Virus record (IMG/VR): IMGVR_UViG_3300015263_000360
Coordinates: 1 to 59,743 of that record
Strand: one strand, 5' to 3'
Length of the DNA stretch: 59,743 nucleotides
Origin: a virus
Taxonomy: Duplodnaviria; Caudoviricetes
The number at the start of each line of letters is the position of its first letter. The stretch's first letter is position 1. This document shows positions 1 through 9,999 of this stretch, one piece after another. The translations under genes and the position numbers were made by a program. The notes under the pieces were generated by a model, which made no database searches, was not told the origin of the DNA, and was given only the letters and a program-made list of their open reading frames with translations.

Positions 1-144
1 AGCTCTGGCGATCCCAACCAAGGCGGGGTGGTCCCTGGCGAGAAGAGAAAGCGGCAGCGTCCTCCGGCCTCCGAGCCTTCGGAGCCTAAGCCACGCCCTG
101 GAAGCAAGAGAGCTAGAGAGCTAGCGCGGGAGAGAGGCTAATGG
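1..144. repeat. Terminal direct repeat (identical to 59600-59743); circular assembly overlap
   Basis: AGCTCTGGCGATCCC...GAGAGGCTAATGG occurs at both ends; ORF 59174-59740 stop (TAA) overlaps the ATG at 141 across the junction. Confidence 0.97.
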
Positions 145-1265
145 CCGGCTCAGGATTTAACTTCGGCCCGGACATGTTGGCGAGTTTTGGGATCAATAGC
201 AAGCTGAAGAAGCAAAACCCTGCGTGGTCCACTCCAGGTCGGGATATCCAATCCACAGAAGGAAAGACGCTTCCAGCCCCCACTAATGCTGCTATGTCCA
301 ACACGCAGCAGGGTGGTAGCGCTTCTGCGGCAAAGCCGCCTGAGCCAGCGGTTCCTCCTGTTAGCATGGACCCAGTGGATCAAGCCCCCACGCCTCCTCC
401 AGGGATTCTTCCAGGCACACCTGCTTACTCGGCATGGCTGAAGAGTCAGCCGGCTAAGCCTGTGCAGCAGGAGCCAGAGGGTGGTCCCGCTGTGGACGGT
501 CCTCCTGGCACAGACCCACCGCAGGCTGGTAACTACTCTGTCAAGTTTGGGAACATCTCGCGCGAGTATGATAGAGCCAAGGTGGACGCAATCATGGCTG
601 GTCTTCCTGAAGGGCAGAAAGCGGCTCTTCAGCAGCTAATCAACGGCGGTAGCTCCACTGGGCTTATGGACTTGATGCGTGCCGGTATGGACCCAAAACA
701 GCTTTTTGAACTACAGAAGGCTGCCGTGGGCGGACGAGGTAAAGGTGGCATCGGTGGATGGGAAGGCGGACCCAGCAAGATGGGGAACCGGAACTATGAG
801 AATTATCGTCCAAAGTGGATGGATAAGAGAATTGCTAGAAATGAAGAGGCTCGCAGGGCAAAAGAAGAGCTCGTCTACAGACCCATGCCGATAACACCTA
901 TAAAAAAGGCTGACGATCCAGAAGGACGCCAGAGTATGCCATGGGATCAGCCTATATTTATTCACCAGGGGCCATGGGAGATAGGTGGTGGTCCTTCCCC
1001 TAATCCAAAACAAGCTCCAAACGAGATGCCTGCCACGTACCCAAACGAGATGCCTCCAATAGGTCAAAATCCTGGTCCTTTCCCTCCTGGATTTCCTCCT
1101 GGACCACCCAGTAACATGATGTTCCCTCCTCCTTGGATGGGAAATCCTGGAGGATTTAGTACAATGCCATATTTCGACCCAAGGCAGTCACCATACCTAG
1201 GAATGATGTTACACGGAGGTCAAGTTTCCGGACCTCCAATGCAACCACAACAGTGGGGAGGATAA
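141..1265 (+). CDS. Low-complexity Pro/Gly/Gln/Met-rich hypothetical protein
   Basis: 374-aa ORF, TAATG coupling to upstream ORF, PPGFPPGPP-type runs. Confidence 0.8.
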   Translation: MAGSGFNFGPDMLASFGINSKLKKQNPAWSTPGRDIQSTEGKTLPAPTNAAMSNTQQGGSASAAKPPEPAVPPVSMDPVDQAPTPPPGILPGTPAYSAWLKSQPAKPVQQEPEGGPAVDGPPGTDPPQAGNYSVKFGNISREYDRAKVDAIMAGLPEGQKAALQQLINGGSSTGLMDLMRAGMDPKQLFELQKAAVGGRGKGGIGGWEGGPSKMGNRNYENYRPKWMDKRIARNEEARRAKEELVYRPMPITPIKKADDPEGRQSMPWDQPIFIHQGPWEIGGGPSPNPKQAPNEMPATYPNEMPPIGQNPGPFPPGFPPGPPSNMMFPPPWMGNPGGFSTMPYFDPRQSPYLGMMLHGGQVSGPPMQPQQWGG

Positions 1266-1268
1266 GAA

Positions 1269-2138
1269 ATGCCCGGAACATTTGACTACATGAAGAGAAT
1301 TGGTGCTCAACCACAACCTGGACGCTCGTTTAATGACATGGGTGGCACAGGTGGCGTTAAGCCGCCCAAGCGGCCAGGGGGACAACCCTATGTTCAGCCA
1401 CCAATGCCTCCGGGAATGGATGCTAACGGACAGGGGATGCCCCCTGGTGGCGGTATGGGACCGGCACAGGGTAATGGACAAGAAGGTGGCCCAGGTATGC
1501 CCGGTGGTGGACCGAGCGGAACTCCTCCCATGCCACCGCAGCCAGGAGGTCCAGGAGCGCAGAGAGGTGGTCCTGGAATTGGTGGTGCTCGGCCTGGAGG
1601 TGGAAACCTTGGTGGCTTCCAAAACCAAGGCAATGTGACTGGGGCTCTCGGAAAGAGTTCTGTACAAGGGCCTCAAGGGAAAGCATCTCCCACTTACGGG
1701 CCTAACGGAGAAATTGTATACCAGTGGGACGGGAAGATTTATCCTTATGACCCCACAGATCCGGCCAATGCTGACAAGGAAGATCCTTATGGTGGTGGTG
1801 GAAACCAGATGAACCCACTACCTGGTCAGGCTGGCTATCCGCCGCAGATGCAGCCCCTACCTGGACAGGGTGGTGGCTATCCTGGACAAAAGCCTGGTGG
1901 TTTCCCTGGTCAAGGGCCTGGACAATTCTATCCTCCGGGCCAAGGTCCAATCCAATCTCCACCATCGTATCCGTATCCTGGTAACGTGGGAGGAGGCGCA
2001 GGAAACCCTGGAACCGTGTTCCCAGGACCCACGCAGGTTCCTGGCGGTGGACGGTTTGGTGGCTATGCAGCACGTAAGATGCCGCAGATGCCTGGCGGAA
2101 TGATCCAACAACCCGGTTATGACGCACAGCTTTACTAA
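1269..2138 (+). CDS. Low-complexity Gly/Pro/Gln-rich hypothetical protein
   Basis: 289-aa ORF with recurring PGQG/YPGQ/PGG units. Confidence 0.8.
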   Translation: MPGTFDYMKRIGAQPQPGRSFNDMGGTGGVKPPKRPGGQPYVQPPMPPGMDANGQGMPPGGGMGPAQGNGQEGGPGMPGGGPSGTPPMPPQPGGPGAQRGGPGIGGARPGGGNLGGFQNQGNVTGALGKSSVQGPQGKASPTYGPNGEIVYQWDGKIYPYDPTDPANADKEDPYGGGGNQMNPLPGQAGYPPQMQPLPGQGGGYPGQKPGGFPGQGPGQFYPPGQGPIQSPPSYPYPGNVGGGAGNPGTVFPGPTQVPGGGRFGGYAARKMPQMPGGMIQQPGYDAQLY

Positions 2139-2149
2139 GGAGAAATAAA

Positions 2150-2392
2150 ATGAAGAATGTATTTGGCATGGACGGAATCAGAGCAGAAAACACAAAGAAG
2201 TTACAGAAGGATGTAAACTTCACCATGGATGGATCGAGCGGTAAGGTTCCTTCTCCACTAACTTCGCCTTATGACATCAGACCGTCGAGTGACGACAACA
2301 AGCTTGGTGCCGGAACTAAGGGTACTCCCTTTGCTCCTGGCAAGATCAACGACAACACCAAGACTCGGAATCGTTCTAGCTCGATGAAGTGA
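2150..2392 (+). CDS. Hypothetical protein
   Basis: 80-aa ORF preceded by AAGGAG RBS. Confidence 0.75.
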   Translation: MKNVFGMDGIRAENTKKLQKDVNFTMDGSSGKVPSPLTSPYDIRPSSDDNKLGAGTKGTPFAPGKINDNTKTRNRSSSMK

Positions 2393-2393
2393 T

Positions 2394-3137
2394 GTGTATA
2401 TAGCAGAACCCCGGAATCCAAGGACTGTAAGACATCCCTTATGGTCCTTGGAAACTTTAAAGGACGAGCTAACCCATTCTAGAAGTACCTTAACAGAAAT
2501 ACTTAAACGCTACGCTCCTTCCCCCAATAATTGGAGAGCCCTCTACGCTGATTACAGGCGATGGAGAGAACAGGACGCGGAATTGCAGGAACTATCAGAA
2601 GCGCATAGACTTCGCACTGACTCAAAGAAGCGAACCACAATCAAGGGAGGCAGACCAAAAAAGGATGCAGACCCTGATCACGCTGACTTTCGAGTGGCCT
2701 ACTGTGAAGCACTCCTGAACACTAAGAGCAGAGTCAAGGCGTGTGAAGCCACACCCTATGACTATAACCAGATCTACCAGATGCTCAACGAGAAGTACTC
2801 CTCGTATGACGCTGAGTTTGCAGAGATGGTACACAAGACCGAAGCCCGCTTAGTGGCTTGGGCAGAAGAGACTATCTGGAATGCCCTAGAGGACGAGACT
2901 AAGCCTAAAGACAAGGCTTGGATCGCCAAGGAAATCTTAAAGGTAAGAGACCGCGACCGCTGGGGCGACAAGCTTCAGATGGACGTGCACGCTCAGGTAC
3001 AGCACCGCATGGTACTAGACCGTGGTCGTATGCTAGCTGAGCTTGCAGAGGAGCAGAAGCGCTTCTTTGCTAATGTTCCCACCACTGCTCTTCCAGCAGG
3101 TGAGGAGATTGTTGTGGAGGCCGAGAACAATGAGTAA
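2394..3137 (+). CDS. terS: Putative terminase small subunit
   Basis: Directly upstream of and overlapping terL; helical; C-terminal ILKVRDRDRWGDKLQMDV resembles TerS ends. Confidence 0.6.
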   Translation: MYIAEPRNPRTVRHPLWSLETLKDELTHSRSTLTEILKRYAPSPNNWRALYADYRRWREQDAELQELSEAHRLRTDSKKRTTIKGGRPKKDADPDHADFRVAYCEALLNTKSRVKACEATPYDYNQIYQMLNEKYSSYDAEFAEMVHKTEARLVAWAEETIWNALEDETKPKDKAWIAKEILKVRDRDRWGDKLQMDVHAQVQHRMVLDRGRMLAELAEEQKRFFANVPTTALPAGEEIVVEAENNE

Positions 3138-4845
3138 CGGCCTGACCATACCAGACACGCTTGATCAGTACAAAGAACTCCGCGAGTGGGTCCATTCTCT
3201 TAGAGACAGGTCTCTTTCATATTGGGAAGAGGCCATGCGGTGGTACGCTCTAAATGACACGTTCTTTGCTCTCAACTTCGTCTTTCTTACTAGGAACGAG
3301 ACTCATTCCACCTATGGCACACCGTTCTATTTTCATGAGTTCTACCTCAAATACTGTAAGCAGCTAGATTGGCTGATAGAGAACTTTGAAAGTAGCTTTG
3401 ACGGTTCTGCTAGAAGAGGCGGAAAGAGCACTGTTCGTACCCGCCTCACTCCAATTAGGATGGGACTTAAGTATCCCAACATCACGCAGGGCATCTTCTC
3501 TCTTGAGCGCAACTTTGCACGCAAGCACATGCGTGGAATTAAGGAAGAGCTCGAGAACAACGACCTACTGAAGACTCTGTTCCCAGACAGGCTGTGGTCT
3601 GACCCCTATGAGGCGGCGCGCAGAGGGGAGTGCGTGTGGTCGTTGAACGATGGCTTCCAGTTTAAGGGAAGAACTGTGCCTAGGAACAACCAGACCATTG
3701 AGTGCAACACGTTCTTCGGTGGTCCAGTGGGATCAGGTTTCGACTTCATGCACTTTGACGACTGCGAAGACGGCACAGTGGTATCCACACCAGATAACAT
3801 CACTAAACTACACGATGCATTTGACGACGCTGTGCAGCTAGCCACCCCTGTTGCCATTCCTCGTCCAGTAATTTGGGTAACAAACACCTTCTATCACCCA
3901 GAGGGTATCGCTAAGAAGCAGTATGACAAGTACCGCTTAGCAGATGAGCGCAAGATCCGCCTTGAACCAGGCGAAGTGAACATCAGGACAGGCGGTCCAG
4001 GCCCCATGGGGGGCCATGCACAGTATCCCTTCACTCTGGAATTCCTCCAGCAGAAGTACGACGAGTGCAAGGACAAGGACGAGTACGCTATCCAGTACTG
4101 CTGCGACTTCACTCTTGGACAGTCAAGAGCGTTTAAGCCGTCTTGGGTCAACTGGTACGAAGAAAACCCTGATGCTGTCATGCAGGGTAAATACAGTTAT
4201 GTCTGTATTGACGCATCTCGTGGAGTGCACGACCCCATGGGCATCTGGGTGTGGTCGGTGGGGGTGGATAAGCGGCTCTTTTGGACTGGAGGGTCTAGGA
4301 AGAAGCTAGATCCAGCCTCTCCTGCGTTTGCTGACGAGATCTTTAACATCTGCGCTAAGGTGGCCAACCTATCAGAGAAGCTAGTGGAGGTTCGGGTGGA
4401 ACAAATGCACTCCCAGACCTGGGCGGAGCTTATCGGGTCGGAGCTAAGAAAGCGCGGAATGCATGTGCCCGTGATACCTTGTCGCGGGAAGCTGGCCAAC
4501 GACCGGGGCATTAGGAAGTTTGAGACCACAAAGCTCGAGAGAGAGTGGCAGCGGTGGTCCCCACCTTTACAACGCGGTGAAATCTGGTTCCCAAAGCCTC
4601 GCAGAGAACTCGGACCAGGTCTCCCCGTGGTAAACGAGCAAGGCGACCCGTTCGATCTTGTGGAATACTTCATTGACTATGAGTATATGTTGTTTCCCAG
4701 AGCACCACATGACGACATGTTGGATGCTGGGTCTTTAATTTGGGATCCAGAGGTGCCGCCGTACATGGCTCCTGCCCCCACTTACCGAAAAATCAGAAAA
4801 GGCGCTTCGGCTGCAGGTCGTCGTGTGTCTTGGATGAGCGCTTAA
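3130..4845 (+). CDS. terL: Terminase large subunit
   Basis: Walker A-like ARRGGKST, Walker B-like FMHFDDCE, nuclease motifs VCIDAS and FPRAPHDDMLDA; ATG at 3130 after GGAGG. Confidence 0.92.
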   Translation: MSNGLTIPDTLDQYKELREWVHSLRDRSLSYWEEAMRWYALNDTFFALNFVFLTRNETHSTYGTPFYFHEFYLKYCKQLDWLIENFESSFDGSARRGGKSTVRTRLTPIRMGLKYPNITQGIFSLERNFARKHMRGIKEELENNDLLKTLFPDRLWSDPYEAARRGECVWSLNDGFQFKGRTVPRNNQTIECNTFFGGPVGSGFDFMHFDDCEDGTVVSTPDNITKLHDAFDDAVQLATPVAIPRPVIWVTNTFYHPEGIAKKQYDKYRLADERKIRLEPGEVNIRTGGPGPMGGHAQYPFTLEFLQQKYDECKDKDEYAIQYCCDFTLGQSRAFKPSWVNWYEENPDAVMQGKYSYVCIDASRGVHDPMGIWVWSVGVDKRLFWTGGSRKKLDPASPAFADEIFNICAKVANLSEKLVEVRVEQMHSQTWAELIGSELRKRGMHVPVIPCRGKLANDRGIRKFETTKLEREWQRWSPPLQRGEIWFPKPRRELGPGLPVVNEQGDPFDLVEYFIDYEYMLFPRAPHDDMLDAGSLIWDPEVPPYMAPAPTYRKIRKGASAAGRRVSWMSA

Positions 4846-4855
4846 GGAGAGCGTT

Positions 4856-6991
4856 ATGTCATTTAGAAACCTATACAAGAAGAGCTCGCCAGAGTGGAAG
4901 GTCATTAATGATCTTAACGCTTGGGTTAGAGAGGGTGTGACTCATTGCGAGCCAGAACACAAGCGCTGCGAAGAAAATGCAGGGTTTGAGCGTGGATACC
5001 AGTGGGCAGAGGGTGATATTCAGCGCCAAGCGGAACGCGATAGACCCGCCCTGCCGTTGAACTCTCTACTAAAACTCGTCAACGGTGTGGCTAACAGAGA
5101 GATCATGGACAGAATTGTACCCAAGATCTTGTCGCGTAAGGAAGAGGACAACGCTCTAGCAGAGGCGCTTGATATGGCCTGCCAGTGGCAGCGTGAAAAG
5201 GCTGAAACCGAGCACGAAGAGTCCACTGCTTTCCGGAGATGTGTGATGTCTGGACTAGGAGTGATGCATAAGCACTGGGATCCTCTGGCTTCGGATGGAG
5301 ACGGAATGATTGCCGATGAGGAAGTGCCCATCTGGTACATGCTGTGGGACCCACGCGCGAGGAAGCAGAACCTAGTGGACCGCAAGTGGCATATCTCTGG
5401 TAAATACGTGGACTTTGTGGAGGCCAAAGAAGAGTTTGGAGAACTCTCGAAGGAAGCGAAGAGAGTATTTCAGCGGCTAGCCACCAACGCAGCTTTTGAC
5501 ATTGACCAGGGCTACGATGCCACAAGAGGTGGTTCTCCTGTGGGAGCTTCTGGAACTTGGGGCCAGATCCTAGGAAACCGCTGGTTATCCACCTCAGCAC
5601 AAGAGATCTTTCTGATTGAGGCGGAGTGGAAGGAAGTGGTCAACTACTACAAGGTGGCTTACCCCGTGTTATTTGACCAGGTACTTAGCATGGTTTCTGA
5701 CCAGGAAGGCGTGGTGGACTTAGGACAAGACGAGCAAGGACAGCCAATCCAGTTTACAAACCAGCAGTACATGCAGATGGACCCCCAAGCCCAGCTCGAC
5801 CTATTAATGCAACTTCTAAGCAACACCGAACTCCGTAAGTTTGAGGATAAATCTGAGTTCTCAGACTTTGCTGAGCAGTATGAGAGCTTAATGGGAGTCA
5901 AGTTTGTTGACTTCAAGCGGAGCAAGAGAACGGTATACAAGTATGCCATTGTCACAGATGGCACCATCTTGGATCACGGTGTGCGGCCCATGGGCTTCAC
6001 TTACGAGTTCCTGACAGGCTATGCATATGAGACCCGCGAGAAGATTGAGCACTTTGGCATGATTGATGTGGCCAAAGGACCGCAGGATTTCAAGAATGCG
6101 CTGTTCAGCAACCTCCTGACTATGTACATGACCTCGCCAAAGCAACACTTAATCATCGAGGAAGGGGCACTTAACGATCCTGAGCAGTTTCTTGATGAGT
6201 ATGCCAAAGTGTCTGGCGTCAGCTTTGTGCCTGACGGCTTTGTGGCAAACCAGAGATTTATTCAACTCCAACAGCCACGCTTCCCTGACATGATTGGGCA
6301 ACTCATCGAGATGGCCGACTCTGCCGTGGAGGATATCTGGGGGCTTAGCTCCATTGAGGCTAGCCAGCAGGGAGACCTGAGAAGAGTGTCTGGCACGGTT
6401 GTTACTGCGGCCAAGCAGGCCACTAACACGCTGCTAGCGCTAATCTTTGATGCCCTTCGTAGGTATCGCAAGCGGTGGGGGCTGCTCACTCTCAAGTACC
6501 TCCTTGAGGCTTATGAGCCGGAAGAGCTTGCCCAAATGGTGGGCGAAACTAAGGTCCCTGCGCTAAGCCAAATTTCTTCTTGGCCAGAGGTGTTCACTTT
6601 TGACATCAAGGTTGACGAGGCTCCTACCTCAGTGTCGGAGCAAATGGAGACTATTGATTACCTCACGCGCACCGGCACTCTGGATAACTGGCGCGCCTCT
6701 GGAGATGTGGATTTCCCTGGTATGTTAGATCTTCTGGTAACCATTCCTAAGTCCACCAGAGATAAACTGAGTGAGGCTTGGCGTCAACGTCAGGACACTC
6801 AGCAGCAGATCCAACAATTGCAACAGCAGCTAGAACAGAAGAGTCAGGAGCATGAGCTTCTGAAGAACTTCGTTAGAACGAATCCGGGCGGTAATGCGAT
6901 TATCGCTCAATACGACCTGCTAAACCAGCTAGCTCAACAGCATGCTCAGGCCATGCAGGAACAACAACAGCAGCAAGAACAGCAGCAGTGA
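4856..6991 (+). CDS. Portal protein (P22-like podovirus type)
   Basis: 711 aa after terL; GYQW...RPALPLNSL N-terminal pattern; Gln-rich coiled C-terminus. Confidence 0.85.
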   Translation: MSFRNLYKKSSPEWKVINDLNAWVREGVTHCEPEHKRCEENAGFERGYQWAEGDIQRQAERDRPALPLNSLLKLVNGVANREIMDRIVPKILSRKEEDNALAEALDMACQWQREKAETEHEESTAFRRCVMSGLGVMHKHWDPLASDGDGMIADEEVPIWYMLWDPRARKQNLVDRKWHISGKYVDFVEAKEEFGELSKEAKRVFQRLATNAAFDIDQGYDATRGGSPVGASGTWGQILGNRWLSTSAQEIFLIEAEWKEVVNYYKVAYPVLFDQVLSMVSDQEGVVDLGQDEQGQPIQFTNQQYMQMDPQAQLDLLMQLLSNTELRKFEDKSEFSDFAEQYESLMGVKFVDFKRSKRTVYKYAIVTDGTILDHGVRPMGFTYEFLTGYAYETREKIEHFGMIDVAKGPQDFKNALFSNLLTMYMTSPKQHLIIEEGALNDPEQFLDEYAKVSGVSFVPDGFVANQRFIQLQQPRFPDMIGQLIEMADSAVEDIWGLSSIEASQQGDLRRVSGTVVTAAKQATNTLLALIFDALRRYRKRWGLLTLKYLLEAYEPEELAQMVGETKVPALSQISSWPEVFTFDIKVDEAPTSVSEQMETIDYLTRTGTLDNWRASGDVDFPGMLDLLVTIPKSTRDKLSEAWRQRQDTQQQIQQLQQQLEQKSQEHELLKNFVRTNPGGNAIIAQYDLLNQLAQQHAQAMQEQQQQQEQQQ

Positions 6992-7002
6992 TGGAGTGAC
7001 AG

Positions 7003-8025
7003 ATGAGAAATGAAGATCAGAATGACCTGAATTATCCCGACCCGATCTACACGGATAGTTCAGAGGACTCGCAGGTCGTTGACGACCCGATGGACATGTC
7101 TGATAGCGTGGTACCAGGAGTGCAGGGTGTTGGCAATCTAGAGGACCTAGGAGAGCTACCTGAAGAAGAGTGGGAGGAACCAGCTCCACCTCCACCACCT
7201 AGGCCGCAGCCACAACCACAAGAGGATCAAGACCGCAAATACGGGAATCCCCATGCTCGTGCCAGAATTGCAGAGCGGGATGCGCGCATTGCACAACAGC
7301 GGTTCCAAGCTTTGTGGAACGCAATGCAGCAAGCGGCCCTCCAGCCAGACGAGGAGGAAGTGGAGGAGCAGGCTCCAGATTTTGACTCTGATCCGCTCCA
7401 GTATCTCCGTCACAAGCTAGACGAAACGACCACTAAGCTCCAGCAGCAGCAACTTCGGGAGCAGATGGAGAAGCAGCAACAAGTGCTCTCTCAGAGTCTC
7501 CAGGCCGGAGCTCAGGACATTAGAACCTTTGCGGCCGAGTCTAACGGGGTGTATCCAGAAGCCATGCAGCATATCTCCAATGTAAGAATTGCTGATCTCC
7601 TAAGCCAGAATCCGCAGCTAACATATCAGGAAGCCAACCAGTTGCTGGCTCGGGATGCGGCTCGAAAGATTGTCATGTGGCAGAGTCAGGGACTTAGCCC
7701 GGCAGAGCAGTTTATGGACGAGGCAATTCGCCTAGGCTACGACTTTGAATCAGCCCTAGCCAGACACGGGTTTCTCGAGCAGCAGCAGCAGCGCGTGCCA
7801 CAAACGGCAAAGCAGACCATCCAACGCGAGGTCAAAAGAGAGAACAAGACCCGCACTGTAGGGAACTTAGGCGGCAAGCCCGTCAAGAAGCGCATCACAG
7901 CCAATGACGCGCTGAGCATGGAAGAGGACGATTTTGATGATGTGCTGGACGCGCTAGCCAACGAAAAGGGGAGCGGCATCAAGTCTAACTTAAAGATGTC
8001 TGACTTCTTCAATGTGATGCGCTAA
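7003..8025 (+). CDS. Putative capsid scaffolding protein
   Basis: Between portal and capsid; acidic disordered N-terminus and coiled-coil core. Confidence 0.65.
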   Translation: MRNEDQNDLNYPDPIYTDSSEDSQVVDDPMDMSDSVVPGVQGVGNLEDLGELPEEEWEEPAPPPPPRPQPQPQEDQDRKYGNPHARARIAERDARIAQQRFQALWNAMQQAALQPDEEEVEEQAPDFDSDPLQYLRHKLDETTTKLQQQQLREQMEKQQQVLSQSLQAGAQDIRTFAAESNGVYPEAMQHISNVRIADLLSQNPQLTYQEANQLLARDAARKIVMWQSQGLSPAEQFMDEAIRLGYDFESALARHGFLEQQQQRVPQTAKQTIQREVKRENKTRTVGNLGGKPVKKRITANDALSMEEDDFDDVLDALANEKGSGIKSNLKMSDFFNVMR

Positions 8026-8037
8026 CTGACCAGCCTG

Positions 8038-8067
8038 TTGACGTTTAGGGACGCCCTGGGGTACTAT
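8038..8067 (+). promoter_or_regulatory. Sigma70-like promoter for the capsid operon
   Basis: TTGACG-N18-TACTAT in the intergenic gap. Confidence 0.55.
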
Positions 8068-8232
8068 ACGCACGTCCAGGGCGCTGTCCCTGCGTTTCCC
8101 GCTTAGGCGGTGAGTCCTTTAGCCCCGGTTCTCGGGAGTGCGGTTCGTGGGCCGCTTTACAAGCACCATAGGCTATCCAAGCTACATTGGATCGTTAGAA
8201 GCGTAAGTTCAACAACAACATGAGGATTGACT

Positions 8233-9393
8233 ATGGCATCTTCAACTGGTTGGTTATCAATCACAGATCCTCGAGTTGTAACTGTTTGGGAACGCCTCCT
8301 AGACCGTGAAGTCCGCGTTAAGGACCCACTGTTTGACACCAAGTATGGATTCGCCTCGAAGGAAAACGGATCGCTTGTTGTCGTAAAGGAGGAGCTCAAG
8401 CAGGGACCTGGAGCTCGCATTCGCAGCAAGCTAAAGTATCAGCTTGAGGGCGAGGGCCGCGCCGGGGATCAGCCGCTAAAGGGCTACGGAGAGTTCTACA
8501 AGACTGCTGTGTTTGATATTTTCATCGACACAATCCGTCACTATGTAGAGACAGCTACCCCCATCATGCAGCAATGGGTCACTGAGGACACCATGGATGA
8601 GGGTCGCGACGGCCTAGCGGACTGGTTCGCAACTCGATTTGGTTTCGCAGCGCACATTCACGCTTGCGGAATCTCCGTTATCACAAAGCCTGTCTACACA
8701 CTTAACAACGATATTCAGGCACTCAATTCGAGCTACATCCTTCGTCCGAACCAAAAGACTGCGGGCAACTTGACATCTAACGATGTGTTCAATGTGGACG
8801 TGGTTAACGAAGCTATCATGAAGCTGAAGCTTCTTAACCCCAAGATTCGTCCTGCGAAGACTCCTCTAGGCGAGCTGTTCGTTTGCTTCATTTCGCCTGA
8901 GCAAGTAAGAGATCTTCGTAAGTCTGACAGCGAGTGGTTCGGCCTGATGAAGGCTTCTCTGCAGGGTGGACGCGTTGACGACAACCCGATCTTCCACAAC
9001 GCTCTGGGCAAGGCCCACGGTGTTCTGTTCATGGAATCGGAACTTGTCCCACCGGGTCTAAACTCTGGCGGAACCAAGCTTAAGGACAAGACTCGTAGAG
9101 CATGGATCGGCGGAGCCAGCGCACTTGCGATGGCATTCGGCCGTGGATATGCTCCTCCGGGATACGACCTTAACAGATTCCGTTGGGATCGTGAGTCTGA
9201 GGACTTTGGTCACCAGCAACAAATTGCTGCGACCACAATCGTTGGGCTTGCAAGACCACAGTACAAGAAGCCGGGTGAGTCGAGTGCACGTGAGGCTGGG
9301 GTATTCGTAATCGAGACCTACGCCGATCACCTTGACACAGGCTCGGATGTTTACGCGCGTTGGATCAACGCCGGCGCGACACTGGAAGCATAA
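8233..9393 (+). CDS. Major capsid protein (N4 gp56/DUF4043-like)
   Basis: 387 aa after scaffold; ELKQGPGARI...QLEGEG, FVCFISPEQVRDLR, GASALAMAFG, ESEDFGHQ motifs. Confidence 0.85.
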   Translation: MASSTGWLSITDPRVVTVWERLLDREVRVKDPLFDTKYGFASKENGSLVVVKEELKQGPGARIRSKLKYQLEGEGRAGDQPLKGYGEFYKTAVFDIFIDTIRHYVETATPIMQQWVTEDTMDEGRDGLADWFATRFGFAAHIHACGISVITKPVYTLNNDIQALNSSYILRPNQKTAGNLTSNDVFNVDVVNEAIMKLKLLNPKIRPAKTPLGELFVCFISPEQVRDLRKSDSEWFGLMKASLQGGRVDDNPIFHNALGKAHGVLFMESELVPPGLNSGGTKLKDKTRRAWIGGASALAMAFGRGYAPPGYDLNRFRWDRESEDFGHQQQIAATTIVGLARPQYKKPGESSAREAGVFVIETYADHLDTGSDVYARWINAGATLEA

Positions 9394-9404
9394 GGAGATA
9401 ACAC

Positions 9405-9926
9405 ATGGCTACTACATATGAAACTCCAAATTTCCGTGACGTAAGCATCTTCGCTGCCAATTTCCCTGGTGTCATTGACCGTACAGTCGAGATTGACCTC
9501 GAGGCTGTGACAGCCGATGCCACCTATGCGTTCATTATCAATGACGTTATTAAGGTCTGCCGTCTCCCGCAAGGAGCTAAGCTTCTTTACGGAAGACTTG
9601 AGTGCGACGACCTAGATGATGACGGTACTCCAACAGTAGAGCTGGACCTCTCGGTTACAGATGGTACTACAACGTACATTCTCGTAAACGGAACCGGCAC
9701 TACTATCGCGGAAGCTGGTGGTGCTCTAGATTCTAGAAGCACCATGGTAACTGACGTGGTAGGATCTGTTCTTGCCAACCCAGACTTCTACCTGCAAGTT
9801 AAGTGCCGCGCAGCGGCCACTGGCGATGCTGGGGCAAGCGCGAAGATCAAGGCGACTGTTGGGTACACCATGGCTGTGGAGTCGAACGAGTACAACAGAG
9901 ACTTCCCTAGCCCAATTCCGACCTAA
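9405..9926 (+). CDS. Putative capsid decoration/cement protein
   Basis: Follows capsid gene with AAGGAG RBS; beta-rich; NDVIKVCRLPQGA motif; paralog at 54736. Confidence 0.6.
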   Translation: MATTYETPNFRDVSIFAANFPGVIDRTVEIDLEAVTADATYAFIINDVIKVCRLPQGAKLLYGRLECDDLDDDGTPTVELDLSVTDGTTTYILVNGTGTTIAEAGGALDSRSTMVTDVVGSVLANPDFYLQVKCRAAATGDAGASAKIKATVGYTMAVESNEYNRDFPSPIPT

Positions 9927-9952
9927 TCGGAGCTGGCTACTGATACTCTTTG

Positions 9953-9985
9953 GGGGGTGGGGTGATACTGCCTCACCCCCTTTTT
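9953..9985 (+). terminator. Rho-independent terminator
   Basis: GGGGGTGGGG...CCTCACCCCC stem followed by TTTTT. Confidence 0.8.
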
Positions 9986-9999
9986 ACTTGTGAGGCCAC

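Noticed and set aside
1-144. Biological terminal repeat of the virion DNA
   Set aside because: It falls mid-gene and is more simply an assembly overlap; read data would be needed
141-2138. Collagen-like tail fibre
   Set aside because: No sustained Gly-X-Y periodicity
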